A stretch of DNA of 64,000 nucleotides from Squalus acanthias (Eukaryota): assembly GCA_030390025.1 (NCBI GenBank), contig CM059435.1, positions 70,184,001 to 70,248,000 on the forward strand, given 5' to 3'. The first letter of the stretch is position 1. Each line of letters opens with the position of its first letter. This document shows, in pieces, positions 38,717 to 50,849 of the stretch. A model generated the notes under the pieces. It made no database searches, was not told the DNA's origin, and saw nothing but the letters and a program-made list of their open reading frames with translations. A program made the position numbers and the translations under genes.

Positions 38717-39129
38717 TTGCAGGCTGTAAGGAGCGCTCCTCAGGCAAAATGAAAGGCAAGCAGGCCATAATTTTCCAGCTGTTGATTTTATTGGACTGAA
38801 AATCATGGGCTGTATGTAGACCCTTTGATTTCCTGAGGTGTCCCTTTGCTTGGAGCAGGATTTTAAATTCATCCCTATAATGAACTTGAGTTAGGTTTGT
38901 GAATGTTATTAGTAATACTTTTCTGTGTGTGTAAAAATTCTATAGATTTTGGGGGCATGAGGTTTTTTTCATCGCTATTAAGTTTGTTCATTATGGTGTG
39001 ATCAACTTCTGGGGGCCATTGATGAGTTTACAAGGATAGCAATCCTTTTGGGTTTGACTTTTTGTATGACTAACATTGACCTAATTCTGTCTACGGTTCT
39101 TTGGATTTCCAATTGGCTGAAAACAATAA

Positions 39130-39690
39130 TTCCAACAATAACTTGCATTATATAGTGCTCTTATCCTAAGAATGTTCACAAATAGGGAGTACGGACAATG
39201 AGCCAGGAAGTTAAACATTAGGAAGGGTGACTGAAAGCTTGAGTAAAGAGATTGGTTTTAAAGAGTTAGGCGAGTGATGGGGAGGTTTAGGGATAGAATT
39301 CCAAAGAGCAGGATCAATGATATGGTGGCAGAGAAGATGAAAATCAAAGGAACTTGAGTGTTTTGGGAAGGGATATAGCACTGGAGAAGATCACAGAGAA
39401 TGACGGAGCAAAACCACAGAATGATTTATAAATGAGGACAAGGATTTTGAGTTGGGTGCTTTGTGGCCTGGAAGGCAGTGCCGATTGGCAAGGATGGGGG
39501 TGATGGGTGAGCAGGACAGGATATGTGTAGGAGAGTTTTTGACATCTTGGAGTTTATGGAGGATGGTAGATGGGAGGACAGCAAAGAGAGCGTTGGAATA
39601 GTCATGTCTGAATGGAACCAAGAAATGTATAGGGGGTTTCAGCAGTAGGGGGCTGAGGTAGGGGCAGAGGTGGATAGTGTTGCAGTTTTA
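39130..39690 (-). mobile_element. Old L2 3' fragment
   Basis: DYSNALFAVLP..LHKLQ...PITPILA..H.LP (L2 ORF2) and tail. Confidence 0.7.
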
Positions 39691-40192
39691 GTGATAGGTT
39701 ATTGAGTAACTTTATTACTGTAACACTGATGTTTCAGTGTCACACAATGAATTTAAACTTCAAAAACGGCTGCCCCAGGTAGATCAACATTGTCTTGGAC
39801 ATGCCAGCAGTTTAAGGGTTAATCGCTCCTAGCTGTGAGAAAATGAAATCTTGCAACATTAATAGTAGCAAGAAAAACATGGGAGAGAAAATGGGTATCT
39901 GGGAATGATTCCAAGGTTCTAGTCAAATTTCAGATGATCTTAAAAACTGAGTAAAGCCAAGTACCTAATAACCATCATCTGTTTTCGAAAGTAGGATTAC
40001 AGCTTTGAAATCATCTGCGGTATTGGATTGTTTGAAACATATGTGGCTCTCATCATAGTTTTTTTTTAATCTATTTTTTGGGGGATGTAGATGCTGTTCT
40101 TGTTTTCTGGTGGCATTCACAGAGGATTTATTATGGTCAGCCCATTACTGCAATCATATCGATCAATAATTTGTAGTTAATTAAGAAATATT

Positions 40193-40363
40193 GGGGTAGA
40201 TTTTGATCTTGCTGCCCGGGTGTAAAGCTGGCCTTGCCAATCGGCCGCCCGTTATGGAAAGCGCTCAACTTGTCACCTGCGCTGATTTCAATGAGAATGA
40301 GAATGGGGTGTTTTCTGTAACGGGCGGCTGAACCACAAGGCCAGCAAGTTGCCAATCTACCCC
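40193..40363. mobile_element. 171-bp fold-back Harbinger-type MITE
   Basis: About 22-bp imperfect TIR beginning GGGGTAGATT, TSD ATT, and internal IR gccgcccgtta/taacgggcggc. Confidence 0.85.
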
Positions 40364-40766
40364 ATTGTGTTGAGTATTTTTGGCACCTCTCATTTTACTT
40401 GGCGAAGTTGAAAGAAATCGAGAAGCAGTGATGCCAGGTCTGAGTCTTAAAAAGCGTAAAAGATTGCAGAGGAGGGAAACAGGCTCCACAGTTTTGAGGT
40501 TCTGGGGAAGAACGAGTTAGAGTAGGAGAGAGTGCAATGGGTTTTGATTTGAACACCGCAAGAATGCATGGAACACGAAGGCCTTTAGGCTGATGTATCT
40601 CCTAAACGTCAAGTACAAGAAAGGAAAGTTCAGATGAACAATAACAATAAAATGGAGTGAGAAGCACAGGTATATTGAAAGACAGATTTTTCAAAGATGC
40701 AGCAGGGGCAAGTGTTGGAAGGGCAGGGAAAGAGCAGCTGATTTTGTTTCAATAAAGTTACATTTA

Positions 40767-41507
40767 GGCCGCGAAATTCGTCTCCTTTGCGCCTGCTGTT
40801 AGATCCTCCAGGGGTGCTAACGGGACGCAAAGGGCTTATTACCCAGACGGGGACAGCGCCCCCCAAGAAATTCGGCAGGGTGCTACTGAGGTGCTAGCTA
40901 ATAGCGCCGCGCCCCCGCCACCAATGAAGTCATCGCCATGCGCCCCAACCCCTTTGCGCCCTGCCGCGACCCCTTACCGCCCCGCGGCACAAATTCGGCT
41001 GCGCCCCGCGAGGCGGCTATGGACAAGGTCAGCGCCAATCTCGCGGGTCGCGAGCCAGGCCAACGTCCACTCGCGGGGCACTAATTAAAGGGAGGTGCAG
41101 CCGCGACGTCATTTTATTTTTTTTGGCCAACCTCTTGGTCAGCCCTCCGTGGCAGCCTTTGGCATGGTCCGTGGCCGCCATCGCACAGCCCGGCACTGCA
41201 TCTCAGTGCTGGACTGCAGCCGCGGCACCACGCCACCCTGGTGGGCTTGTGTGGGCCATCGGAGGCCCTGCAGAGCTCGCAGCATCCCTCCCCTTTAACA
41301 GAAGGGGAGGGGCACTGAAACGCGTCAGCGCTATGTGGAGCGGTCGAATAGTGCGCTTTGCGACCCTGCCTGAGATAGCGCTCTGCTTCCTCGCCGGGGC
41401 GGTAAGCCGAATTTAGCGGCTGGGGTGGTACTTCCGCGCCGGGCGCTAAATCTCCGCCAATAATTCGGTTAACGCCCCCAAATGGGGTGTAACCAAATTT
41501 CGCCCCC
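40767..41507. mobile_element. GC-rich Harbinger-type MITE
   Basis: TIR GGCCGCGAAATT / AATTTCGCCCCC, flanks TTA/TTG. The TIR and repeated tagcgcc-type subterminal motifs are shared with 42543-45469. Confidence 0.85.
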
Positions 41508-42175
41508 TTGGTAACTAATGGTGGACTTGCTGATTTATACGCAGAGATAAAGATGGGTTGGAAGGCTTCAGATAGGCTAGAATAGATAGTGGAGATGATT
41601 GCCCTGGTTTCAGAAAGTCATTGCTTTCAGATGTTTGACATTCTTTATTTTTTGATTGGTTGATGGGTCATGAGATCTTTTGAGTGTTGATTGGTGAATT
41701 CTGTGAAAGTGACAGATTTCTTCCTATGTACCTGTGATTCTAGGTCACTTGAACATTTGGTTTTGATTATTGAGGTATATGTTTTATGCTATTTAATATA
41801 GACTAGATAACTGTGAAATAATGACTATTGTTATGATTGGCTGCCAAACTAAAATCCACATTATGCTCAATTCAGTTGTTGATTTTACAATTTCATATGC
41901 GTCAGCACTCAGCAGCGGTACTACTCTTGCTGTTGAGTCAAAAGATTGTGGGTTCAAGCCCCATTCCAGAGACATGAACACATAATCTAGGCTGGCACTT
42001 GTGCAGTACTGAGGGAGTTCGCAGTCTTTCGAATGAGACATTATACCAAGGCCCTGTCTGCCCTCTCGGGTAGACGAAGAGCATGGGACCCTGGTGTGCT
42101 GGTCTATATTTATCCCTCAACTAATACCACCAAAACAGATCACCTGATGAGTTATCTTATTGCTGTTTGTGGGAC

Positions 42176-42538
42176 GACAACAACAGCATGCACTTATATA
42201 GCGCCTTTAACATAGTAAAACATCCCACGGCACTTCACAGGAGTGTAATCAGACAAAAAATTGACACTCAGCCAAAGAAGGAGATATTAGGACCGGTTTC
42301 CAAAAGTTTGGTCAAAGAGGTAGGTTTCAAGAAGCATCATAAAGGAGTAAAGTTTTAGGGAGGGAATTCCAGAGCTTGGGACCTAGACAGCTGAAGGCAC
42401 GGCTGGCAATGGTGGGGCGAAGAAGGTTGGGGATGCGCAAGAGGCCACAATTGGAAGAAAGCAGAGTTCTTGAAGGATTGTAGGCTGGAGCAGATTACAA
42501 AAATAGGGAGGAGGCTAGAACATGGAAAGATTTGAACA
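42176..42538 (-). mobile_element. L2 LINE 3' end fragment
   Basis: Colinear with 25366-25750. Confidence 0.8.
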
Positions 42539-43036
42539 CCTTGGGGGAGAAATTCGGTTGGTTAGCCTCTTCCATTAGCGCCTGGCGGGGGTGCTAACAG
42601 GGCGCTAATGAAGTAGCGCCGGGGCGAGGCAAATCCAGAGCCGCATGCCAAATCCAGTCGCCCCTTAGTGCCGCCGTTAACAGTTAGCGCCTGGGGCTTT
42701 AGCGCCAGGCAGATCGTGACGTCAGTGAGTGTGCAACACTCACTCAGCGCCCGATCTGCCAAATTGGTTAGTGCCACCTGCCTTAGCGCCTCGCCCCGAC
42801 GACGACAGGAAGAGGAGGCGTGAAGCAGGCAGATGGCGGCTCCAGGGGCGCTAATTAAATGGATCAGTCGCAGCTGTCAGGTTAGTGCTGTTTCACTGCT
42901 TCCTTGTCAGTTTGCGATTGTGCAAGAGTTTAATTCAGTCATTTAAAGGTTCTTTAGTATCAGGAGTGTTGTGGCTACTAAAAATTTGTTACATTTATTC
43001 TGACAAAATTTCAAAGTGCTACACATCATTACATTA

Positions 43037-44205
43037 ATGGGGGCTGTACTGGCAGTCAACCTCGCCCTCCAGGATCTACTGCGGAGGGAGCGTAGGCAGC
43101 GAGATGTGGCCAGAGGGAGGAGGAGGGCCACCAGGGCTCTCAACAGGAGGTCTTACCCTCCGAGGGTATTCCGAGAGCACTTCTCCTACCTCCAATTAAA
43201 CGAGGAGCAGTACATTAGAAGGCTCCACTTCAGCAAGGATGTTGTCACTGAACTCTGCCACCTCCTGCAACCAGACCTCGAGCCTCAGATCAGGTCGATC
43301 ACGGCTCTCTCAGTGGCAGTCAAGGTCACCGTCACCCTCAATTTCTTTGCTAGTGGTTCCTTCCAGTCTGCAACAGGAGATATAGCGAACATCTCGCAGT
43401 TCGTCATCCATCACTGCATCCGGGAGGTCACAGAGGCTCTTTACAGTAGGAGAAGGGACTACATTTCCTTCCCCATCACCAGAGAGAAGCAGGACAAACA
43501 TCCATGTGGCTTTGCCAGGATAGCGGGCTTCCCCATGGTGCAGGGCACCATTGACTGCATCCCCGTGGCTTTGCAGGCACCGCATAACAATCCTGAGGTC
43601 TTCTGTAACCGCAAAGGCTACCACTCACTTAATGTGCAGTTGGTGTGCGACCACAGACAGCGAATCCTCAATGTCAATGCCTGCTATCCTGGCAGCAGCC
43701 ACAATGCCTTCATCCTGCGCCAGCACTCTTCCAGCCGCCACATCAAGCTCGCGGCTGGCTGGTTGGAGCCAAGGGCTCTCGGCTCTCCATCTGGCTCATG
43801 ACTCTCCTCCGTAACCCCAACACTCCCGCCCAGCACTCATATAAAGAGAGCCATGCTGCCACCAGGAACATCATCGAGCAGACCATCGGGTTGCTCAAGC
43901 AACGGTTCTGCTGCCTTGACCGCTCGGGAGGAGCCCTTCAGTACTCGCCAGAGCGGGTGTTCCAATTCGTCACGGTCTGCTGCATGCTCCACAACTTGGC
44001 CATCATGAGGGCCCAGCCCTTGACACCAGGGATTGCAGGACCACCTCAGGAGGAGGAAGAGAGAGAGGAGGAGGAGGAGGAGGAGGATGAGGCAGAAGAG
44101 GAGGATGAGGAGGAGGAGGAACAGGAGCGAGGGAGGAGGCAGCCACTCAATCAGCCTTCTGGAAGGGCGTTCTGTGACCGCCTCAGCAGACTACAGTTCC
44201 AATAA
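43037..44205 (+). pseudogene. HARBI1-like DDE transposase, frameshifted near 43725
   Basis: FFASGSFQ, GFPMVQGTIDC, NRKGYHSLNVQLVCD, YPGSSHNAFIL, GWLVGAKG (catalytic D lost), IIEQTIGLLKQRF, CCMLHNLA, and a poly-Glu tail. Confidence 0.93.
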
Positions 44206-44423
44206 ATTAAACCCCAGATCCCCGTTTCACACCAATATCCCTATCATTCCACCCCTGTTGCAGGCCATATCACAGCGCAAAGCTGAAATGAGAGATCATC
44301 CAAAGCCAATTAATACATTTATCAATAATCAGTGAACACATATTTACAACAACAATATTAACTATTCACCCTTGTGCAATCCCTTAGTGCCCCTTGTTAC
44401 AGTGTCTTTCCCTACTCTAGTGC

Positions 44424-45109
44424 TGTAAGCTTTTATTTCGACTGGCATTAAATTGACAGCAAGACCAATTCTTTTGAAACAATTTGGAATAAGTTTATTA
44501 AACACACAAACTCATGCAAGTTTATTAAACACACACACTCATGCACATCGAAACAATAGCCTGCTGGTATTTATGGACTCTACTCGATTACAACTCGTAA
44601 GGTAATGGGTTAGATTTACACAGACTGGTACTTCCCTGAGTTGAGCAATGCACGCGGCCTTTTTCCTTGCTTCTTGGTCTGGTCTGTAGAGAGAGGGCTT
44701 CTTGTTCTTCCACGTGGTCGTCCAGAGAGAGAGAGCGCCTTTGGGTTCCTTGTTTTAATATCTTTTTAAGTCCATTATCTATTGCTAAGGCCCCAGGATT
44801 GGGTCTTAGATTCATGGCAGTCCTTGATTGGCTTTCCTTTGAACATGTGTCTGTCTGCAGTGGCTGGTGCCACTTCTTGCTTAAGTTAATTGTTTGTTGA
44901 CACCTTTTAGTGGCTCTTGAGTTTCGATGGAGTTTCGATGGTGTCTCTGTCGGGGGTTATCCTGTTCTGCAGGTTTCCTTTGTTAAGTTTCGCGCCGTTG
45001 CCTTACCCAGGGGAGATCCATATGCATCAAATTTATCTTTATTACATACATCTTATATTAATAGTCTCGAGTCCATCACACGTACAAAACATATACTTTA
45101 ATTCTAACA
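44424..45109 (-). mobile_element. Solo LTR (686 bp) inside the Harbinger
   Basis: TGTAAG...CTAACA ends, 4-bp TSD GTGC, and duplicated tttattaaacacac (AATAAA on minus) near the left end. Confidence 0.82.
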
Positions 45110-46509
45110 GTGCTCCTACGAAGTGTTAGCCCAGTGGCTGCAGCAGGGCTGGTGGAAGGCTGCTGAGTGTCCGTGTGGGAGACGCAATGCTGAGAATAAG
45201 GTTCTGCAGCATGATTGAACCTCCCCTTTAAGAACTGGAAAGAGCCTGTGGCAATGTTGACTAGCAATTAGACTGCACCTGAAATTGCTTAGTGCTTTGA
45301 GTCTAACGCCACTGAGCTAGGTCATTAGCGCTTGATTTAGCGCTCCAGTCCTTATTTTGAGCGCTAACACTTAATTTAGCATACAGCAAGATTCATTAGC
45401 GCCTGGCGCTAAACCTCAAACTTTTCAGAAGTTAGCACCCATTCCTGGGCGATAATGAATTTCGCCCCCCTTGTGTGCAATTTGGCAGCCACATTTCCCT
45501 ACATTACAACAGTGACTATACTTCAAAATACCTCACTGGCTGTGAAGTGGGTTCAGACGCCCTGAGGTTGTGAACGGTGCTATATAAATGCAAGTTGTTT
45601 CTTTCTTTCTTATTCTGCTTTCTCTATTTTGGAAAAAGATTTTTCCCTTGCTGGTAGGACCATTGACTTCTCTCTAGATCAAGGTATAGACAGATTCTAA
45701 AACAAAATTCAGTTAACACAATAACTGTTCACTTCCATAGCAATGAGCATGAGTACCAGTGCCAACAATGGACATGGAGATGTATGTAGGACATGCGTTT
45801 CACTGTGTTTTTGCTCTATCACTTTACTTCACCTTGTGCCACAGCAACCTCCCCCATATAAAATGGGTCTAAAGTACACCAACTCCGATTCTGAAGCGAC
45901 TTGAGCACATCTTTAGTTACATGTGCTTGCATTAAGAAATTTAGGGAAATCTGGCAGTAAAAATAATGCAAAATTTCAATCACTGGATTGATGTTGTTGA
46001 TTTGCCGAAATCATTTTATATATTTTGATCATGGATGAATTATAAAACAGATCTGTTTAATTGATTTTCTCTGACTGCATGTGATAATGTTCCTTGGTAT
46101 TTAATCATACCAACCAAGGGTGGTCTTTGCTGTTCTTATGTTTTTTAGTGCTCGTGAACCATTAAGCGATTCCAATTGTACCCACATGTGAATTTTTGAG
46201 GATCATTACTTTTATGTAATTTCTAAACTATGGCTTGGTTTGTTCAGAAATTTAATCTCATTGTTTTTTTAAAAAAACCATTATACATAACATGAAACAA
46301 AATTCATGATTTCTTCAGAACAACAACAGATGAAAATATTTTGCAATTAAGAAGCAATTTACATGCAATGTTCAATAGAATGCTGACTATTTTTGACCAA
46401 ATCCTGTACCATGAAATAATTTCCCTCGGGCACATTAGTTGTACAAAGGATTTGTATATGCTAAGAGGTGTACAGGCATCTTTGAGGTAATTTAAGAATT
46501 TCATTTTTT

Positions 46510-47535
46510 TAAATTCGTTCATGGGATGTGGGCGTCGCTGGCAAGGCCAGCATTTATTGCCCATCTCCAATTGCCCTTGAGAAGGTGGTGGTGAGCTGCC
46601 GCCTTGAACCGCTGCAGTCCGTGTGGTGAAGGTACTCCCACAGTGCTGTTAGGGAGGGAGTTCCAGGTGTGTGACTTGGAGGGGAGCTTGGAGGTTTGTT
46701 AGTGTTCCCATGCTCCTGCTGCCCTTGTCCTTCTAGGTGGTAGAGGTTACGGGTTTGGGAAGTGCTTGCGAACAAGCCTTGGTGAGTTGCTGCAGTGCAT
46801 CTTGCAGATGGTACACACTGCAGCCACGGTGCGCCGGTGGTGGAGGGAGTGAATGTTTAAGGTGGTGGATGGGGTGCCAATCAAGCGGGCTGCTTTGTCT
46901 TGGATGGTGTTGAGCTTCTTGAGTGTTGTTGGAGCTGCACTCATCCAGGCAAGTGAAGAGTATTCCATCACACTCCTTACTTGTGCCTTGTAGATGGTGG
47001 AAAGGCTTTGGGGAGTCAGGAGGTGAGACACACTCCGCAGAATACCTAGCCTCTGACCTGCTCTTGTTGCCACAGTATTTATGTGGCTAGTCCAGTTAAG
47101 TTTCTGGTCAATGGTGACCCCCAGGATGTTGTTGATGGGGGATTCGGCGATGGTAACGCTGTTGAATGTCAAGGTTATTGGCGAGTAAGTGCTGCTTGAT
47201 TGCATTGTCGACGATACCTTCTATCACTTTGCTGATGATTGAGAGTAGACTGATGGGGCAGTAACTGGCCAGATTGGATTTGTCCTGCTTTTTGTGGACA
47301 GGACATACCTGGGCAGTTTTCCACATTGTCGGATAGATGCGAGTGTTGTAGCTGTATTGGAACAGCTTGGCTAGTTCTGGAGCACAAGTCTTCAGCACGA
47401 CAGCTGGGATGTTGTCGGGGCCCATAACCTTTGCTGTATCCAATGCGCTCAGCCGTTTCTTGATATAACGTGGAGTGAATCGAATTGGCTGAAGACTGAC
47501 TTCTGTGGTGGTGGGGACCTCAGGAGGAGGCCGAT
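46510..47535 (-). mobile_element. Second CR1-clade LINE family, internally deleted 3' part
   Basis: GPDNIPAVVLKTCAPELA, YCPISLLSIISKV, ILGVTID..LNWTSHI and YKAQVRSVMEY motifs. Confidence 0.85.
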
Positions 47536-48042
47536 AGAAGGAAAACTTTACTTAATCTTAATAGAAATAATAATACATGTGGAAAGTAAAGGAGCCATAT
47601 TATACACAAATATAATGTGTACTATATACATTCCACTTACCCATGTTTAATTAGTTCCTTATCATTTCCTAGGCTTTTAAATCTTCCTTTTAATTTTACT
47701 TTGGAAATGCAAAATAATTCCTTCCGTACTCTAATGAAACATGGCAGTATTATTGTGTAGTTACTGGGTCATAAAGTAAGTTTGGCTGGCGTAATGCATT
47801 AGCAGACTGTCCTTGCATCTCTGGGACCTGTGCCATGATTGTATTAATCAGAACATACTAACATGTGGTCTTTGCTGTTATTATATTTCACACTGTGTAG
47901 TCATAAGAAGTTCCAATTGTTCTGGATTCATACTCGGTTCTAGAATCTGGGTTTGAATCCACCTCATGCCAGTGGGATGAGTCTGTCCCTAATTGGCATT
48001 ACTTTGGGAATTCCATTAAGAACAACCATAAGAATGCATAGT

Positions 48043-48415
48043 ACTGGTGTATAAAATTATGAGGGGCCTAGATAGAGTGAATAGGAAGTACCTATTTCCC
48101 TTAGCAGAGAGGTCAATAACTGGGGCCACAGATTTAATGTAATTGGTAGAAGGTTTAGAGGGGATTTGAGAACTTTTTTCAGCCAGAGGGTAGGTGGGGG
48201 TCTGGAACTCACTGCCTGGAAGGGTGGTAGAGGCAGAAACCCTCATCACATTTAAAAGTACTTGGATATGCACTTGAAGTGCCGTAACCTGCAAGGCTAC
48301 GGACCAAGTGCTGGAAAGTGGGATTAGGCTGAATAGCTCTTTTTTGGCTGGCACAGACACGATGGGCCGAATGGCCTCCTTCTGTGCAATAAATTTCTAC
48401 GATTCTATTCTATGA
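48043..48415 (+). mobile_element. CR1 3' fragment
   Basis: Reverse complement of 16365-16730. Confidence 0.9.
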
Positions 48416-48535
48416 ACAACCCAGTAATTTTTTTAAGGAAATATCAAAAGTAACAATAAGAGCCAATAAAGAACATGTGGTAGTGAATGAATGTACGGAA
48501 GTAGTTTAATCTCTGGCTCCTGATTATATCTAGAG

Positions 48536-49200
48536 CAGTGGTTCTCAAACTGTTTTGGTTGAAGGACCTCTTTTCAAATGGATTCGTAATCACTGACCAC
48601 CCCTTCTAAATTATTATTGCCCCCTTGTATTGATACTGTACCAGGATCTTCTGACAATGAATTGCAATATAGCTATGGTGACATTTACAAAACCGGAATC
48701 CCTCAAGTATGGATGCATAAACTGATAGTGATTTTAAAGCATTGATTTTTTAAAATTACAAATACATTGGTTATTCAGTGTATTCAAGTGCTGCCCAGAT
48801 TATGATGTTAGATTTGCTTCTTGGACAGAGATCTCTAATGTAATGTATGACCGTCTTATGGGGCCTGTTCTTTATGGCCGTATCCCGGCACTGCTGCAGC
48901 CGGCTGGTAGTCGGGATGGGATCTTTGTTTACCGATGCTTGGTTCCTCTCTGAACAGCTGGCCCTACGCTTTTCTGCCTCCGACTCTTGCTGGCGGTGGA
49001 ATTCCGGCCGCTGCCGACCTGTAGTCTTTTTCTCTCCCTCCTTCTCTTCCTGCAGCGTACAGCTGCTGCCACCGCCGCCATGGTGACCATTCACCGCCCC
49101 GTTCAGCCGCTCCGCACGTGCTCGCTCTCCAACACCGGTTGGGTTTTTTTTCGTGGACCCCCCCGGAAAGTCTCTACGGACCCCAGTTTGAGAACCACTG
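48536..49200. mobile_element. Non-autonomous hAT (Charlie-like) DNA transposon
   Basis: Perfect 17-bp TIR CAGTGGTTCTCAAACTG; 8-bp TSD ATCTAGAG/ATCGAGAG. Confidence 0.93.
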
Positions 49201-50849
49201 ATCGAGAGCCATGCTCTTACATCTTGGGAATTCTCTGGACTCCTTGATTAAATTACGACTTTGCAATTCACTCTGATTTAACTGGTGCTCTGAGAGAGTG
49301 TTGAAGGCTGTGAAATCTGAAGGAAGTTGACAAACACAGGTTGAAACTCTCTGCAAAAGGAGGTGATGGGGTTCGGTAATGAGTGGAGGGGGGCATTGAT
49401 TTGGAGAACGAACAAACTGCGTGTGTGTGCAGGTGACAGAACAGTGACAATGCAGTGATTTACCAGTGTTGCCCTATTCTGACTGTGGAATCTAAAGTGG
49501 TCATGATTGCACTGAGCATATTCCATTCAGCACGCAAGTTGTTTTCTCAGAGGTAAAATTATGTATGAGGTGTTGAATTCAAAGTAGGTCTGTGATAATT
49601 GAGAACATTAAAAGGCAAAATAATGAGAGAAAGATATACTAAATAAAACAATAGTTTTATTCGGGAATATTGCAGTTTTAAAGTCATAATTGTGACTTGA
49701 ATCAGTACATCATAAGATAAGCAATGAAGCATAACAGTAGATATGCAGTTATAGCACCAAACCTATTTAATAGCTGTTCTTTCATAAAAAGATTTTGATT
49801 GGACAAATGCACACCGTATATTTCTTTGGAGACTGCAGTAACACAAGCTCAGAGCTTTGCAATTCCTCTCTGTTAGTCTGTTCAGTAATAAGGAATTAAT
49901 GGAAAGAAATGCTAAAGTCAATAGTCATGCTACAAAGTCTTCATGTACCTGGTCGTAAACACACATTTATGAAACTGTCATTAAGTTGTATATTGTTTAT
50001 GTAAAAAATATTCATTAACAAAGAGTAGTACGCAGCATAGTACAGTTTTGACAACTATTTTCATGGCACATAGTGCAAATTGTACCTTTTTTTTCCCTGA
50101 TACAGACCTTATTGTTAGGCTTTTGTATCAAGCATGTGCTAAGCCTGATTAGTAACTTGTTTTGTGTCTCCAAACATGCATCTTTTTAAAGGGGAGTCTG
50201 CGACTTTCTTTACAACTTGTGTATATAATCAATTGGCTGCTTTTAGACTTTGGCTGGATTTAGTTTACATTCATAAGTGTCTCCGAGCAGAACTGTGATT
50301 GGAACAAAAGATCAGTAAAGGATTCTGGAAAGCTGTCAATGTAATTAGCAATATTAGGCAAGAGAATTCTGAAGAATTATTCGAAAAGCAGCAATAATAC
50401 TTTCAAATGCTCTTTTCAGGTCAGTTGACTGAATTCATGATCAACTAGACATCCAATACAGTGATTTAAAAATAGATTGTTACAATATAAATTTAAAAAG
50501 TACTGAAAACATAATTAGGATCAAATAATTGTAGAAATTCAAGCAGTCACTGAATTTTTCTTTTTCTTTCACATATATCAATATGGTCATTAGAAGGTTA
50601 ATGGTGTTCAGCATCTAATTCACAAAGTGATATTTTAATGATACAGGCTCTATGTTACCATTACTGGATATTCTTTTTAGTTTAAGCTATAATTCCAATG
50701 ACAATGATGGAGGGATTAAAATAAGGATTCATGGTGTATAGGCTTCAATGTACAGATACATTTACAATTCTATTTCGAAAGGCAGGGTGTGACTTTTAGT
50801 TAAATTACTATAACAGAATCTTAAGCAATTCAGCTCGGTCCTTTTCCAG

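Larger units (their letters stand above)
42543..45469 (+). mobile_element. PIF/Harbinger DNA transposon with transposase gene; Myb gene internally deleted
   Basis: TIRs GGGGGAGAAATTC / GAATTTCGCCCCC, TSD CTT, and a HARBI1-like ORF. Confidence 0.93.
41900..45610 (+). mobile_element. SINE split into 41900-42175 and about 45473-45610 by an L2 tail and a Harbinger
   Basis: ttgctgtttgtgggac...ttgtgtgcaatttggc rejoins as in the copy at 17611-17650. Confidence 0.8.

Noticed and set aside
43037-44205. Domesticated host HARBI1 gene
   Set aside because: Frameshifted, a catalytic Asp is lost, and it is flanked by TIRs and a TSD, so it is a transposon copy.
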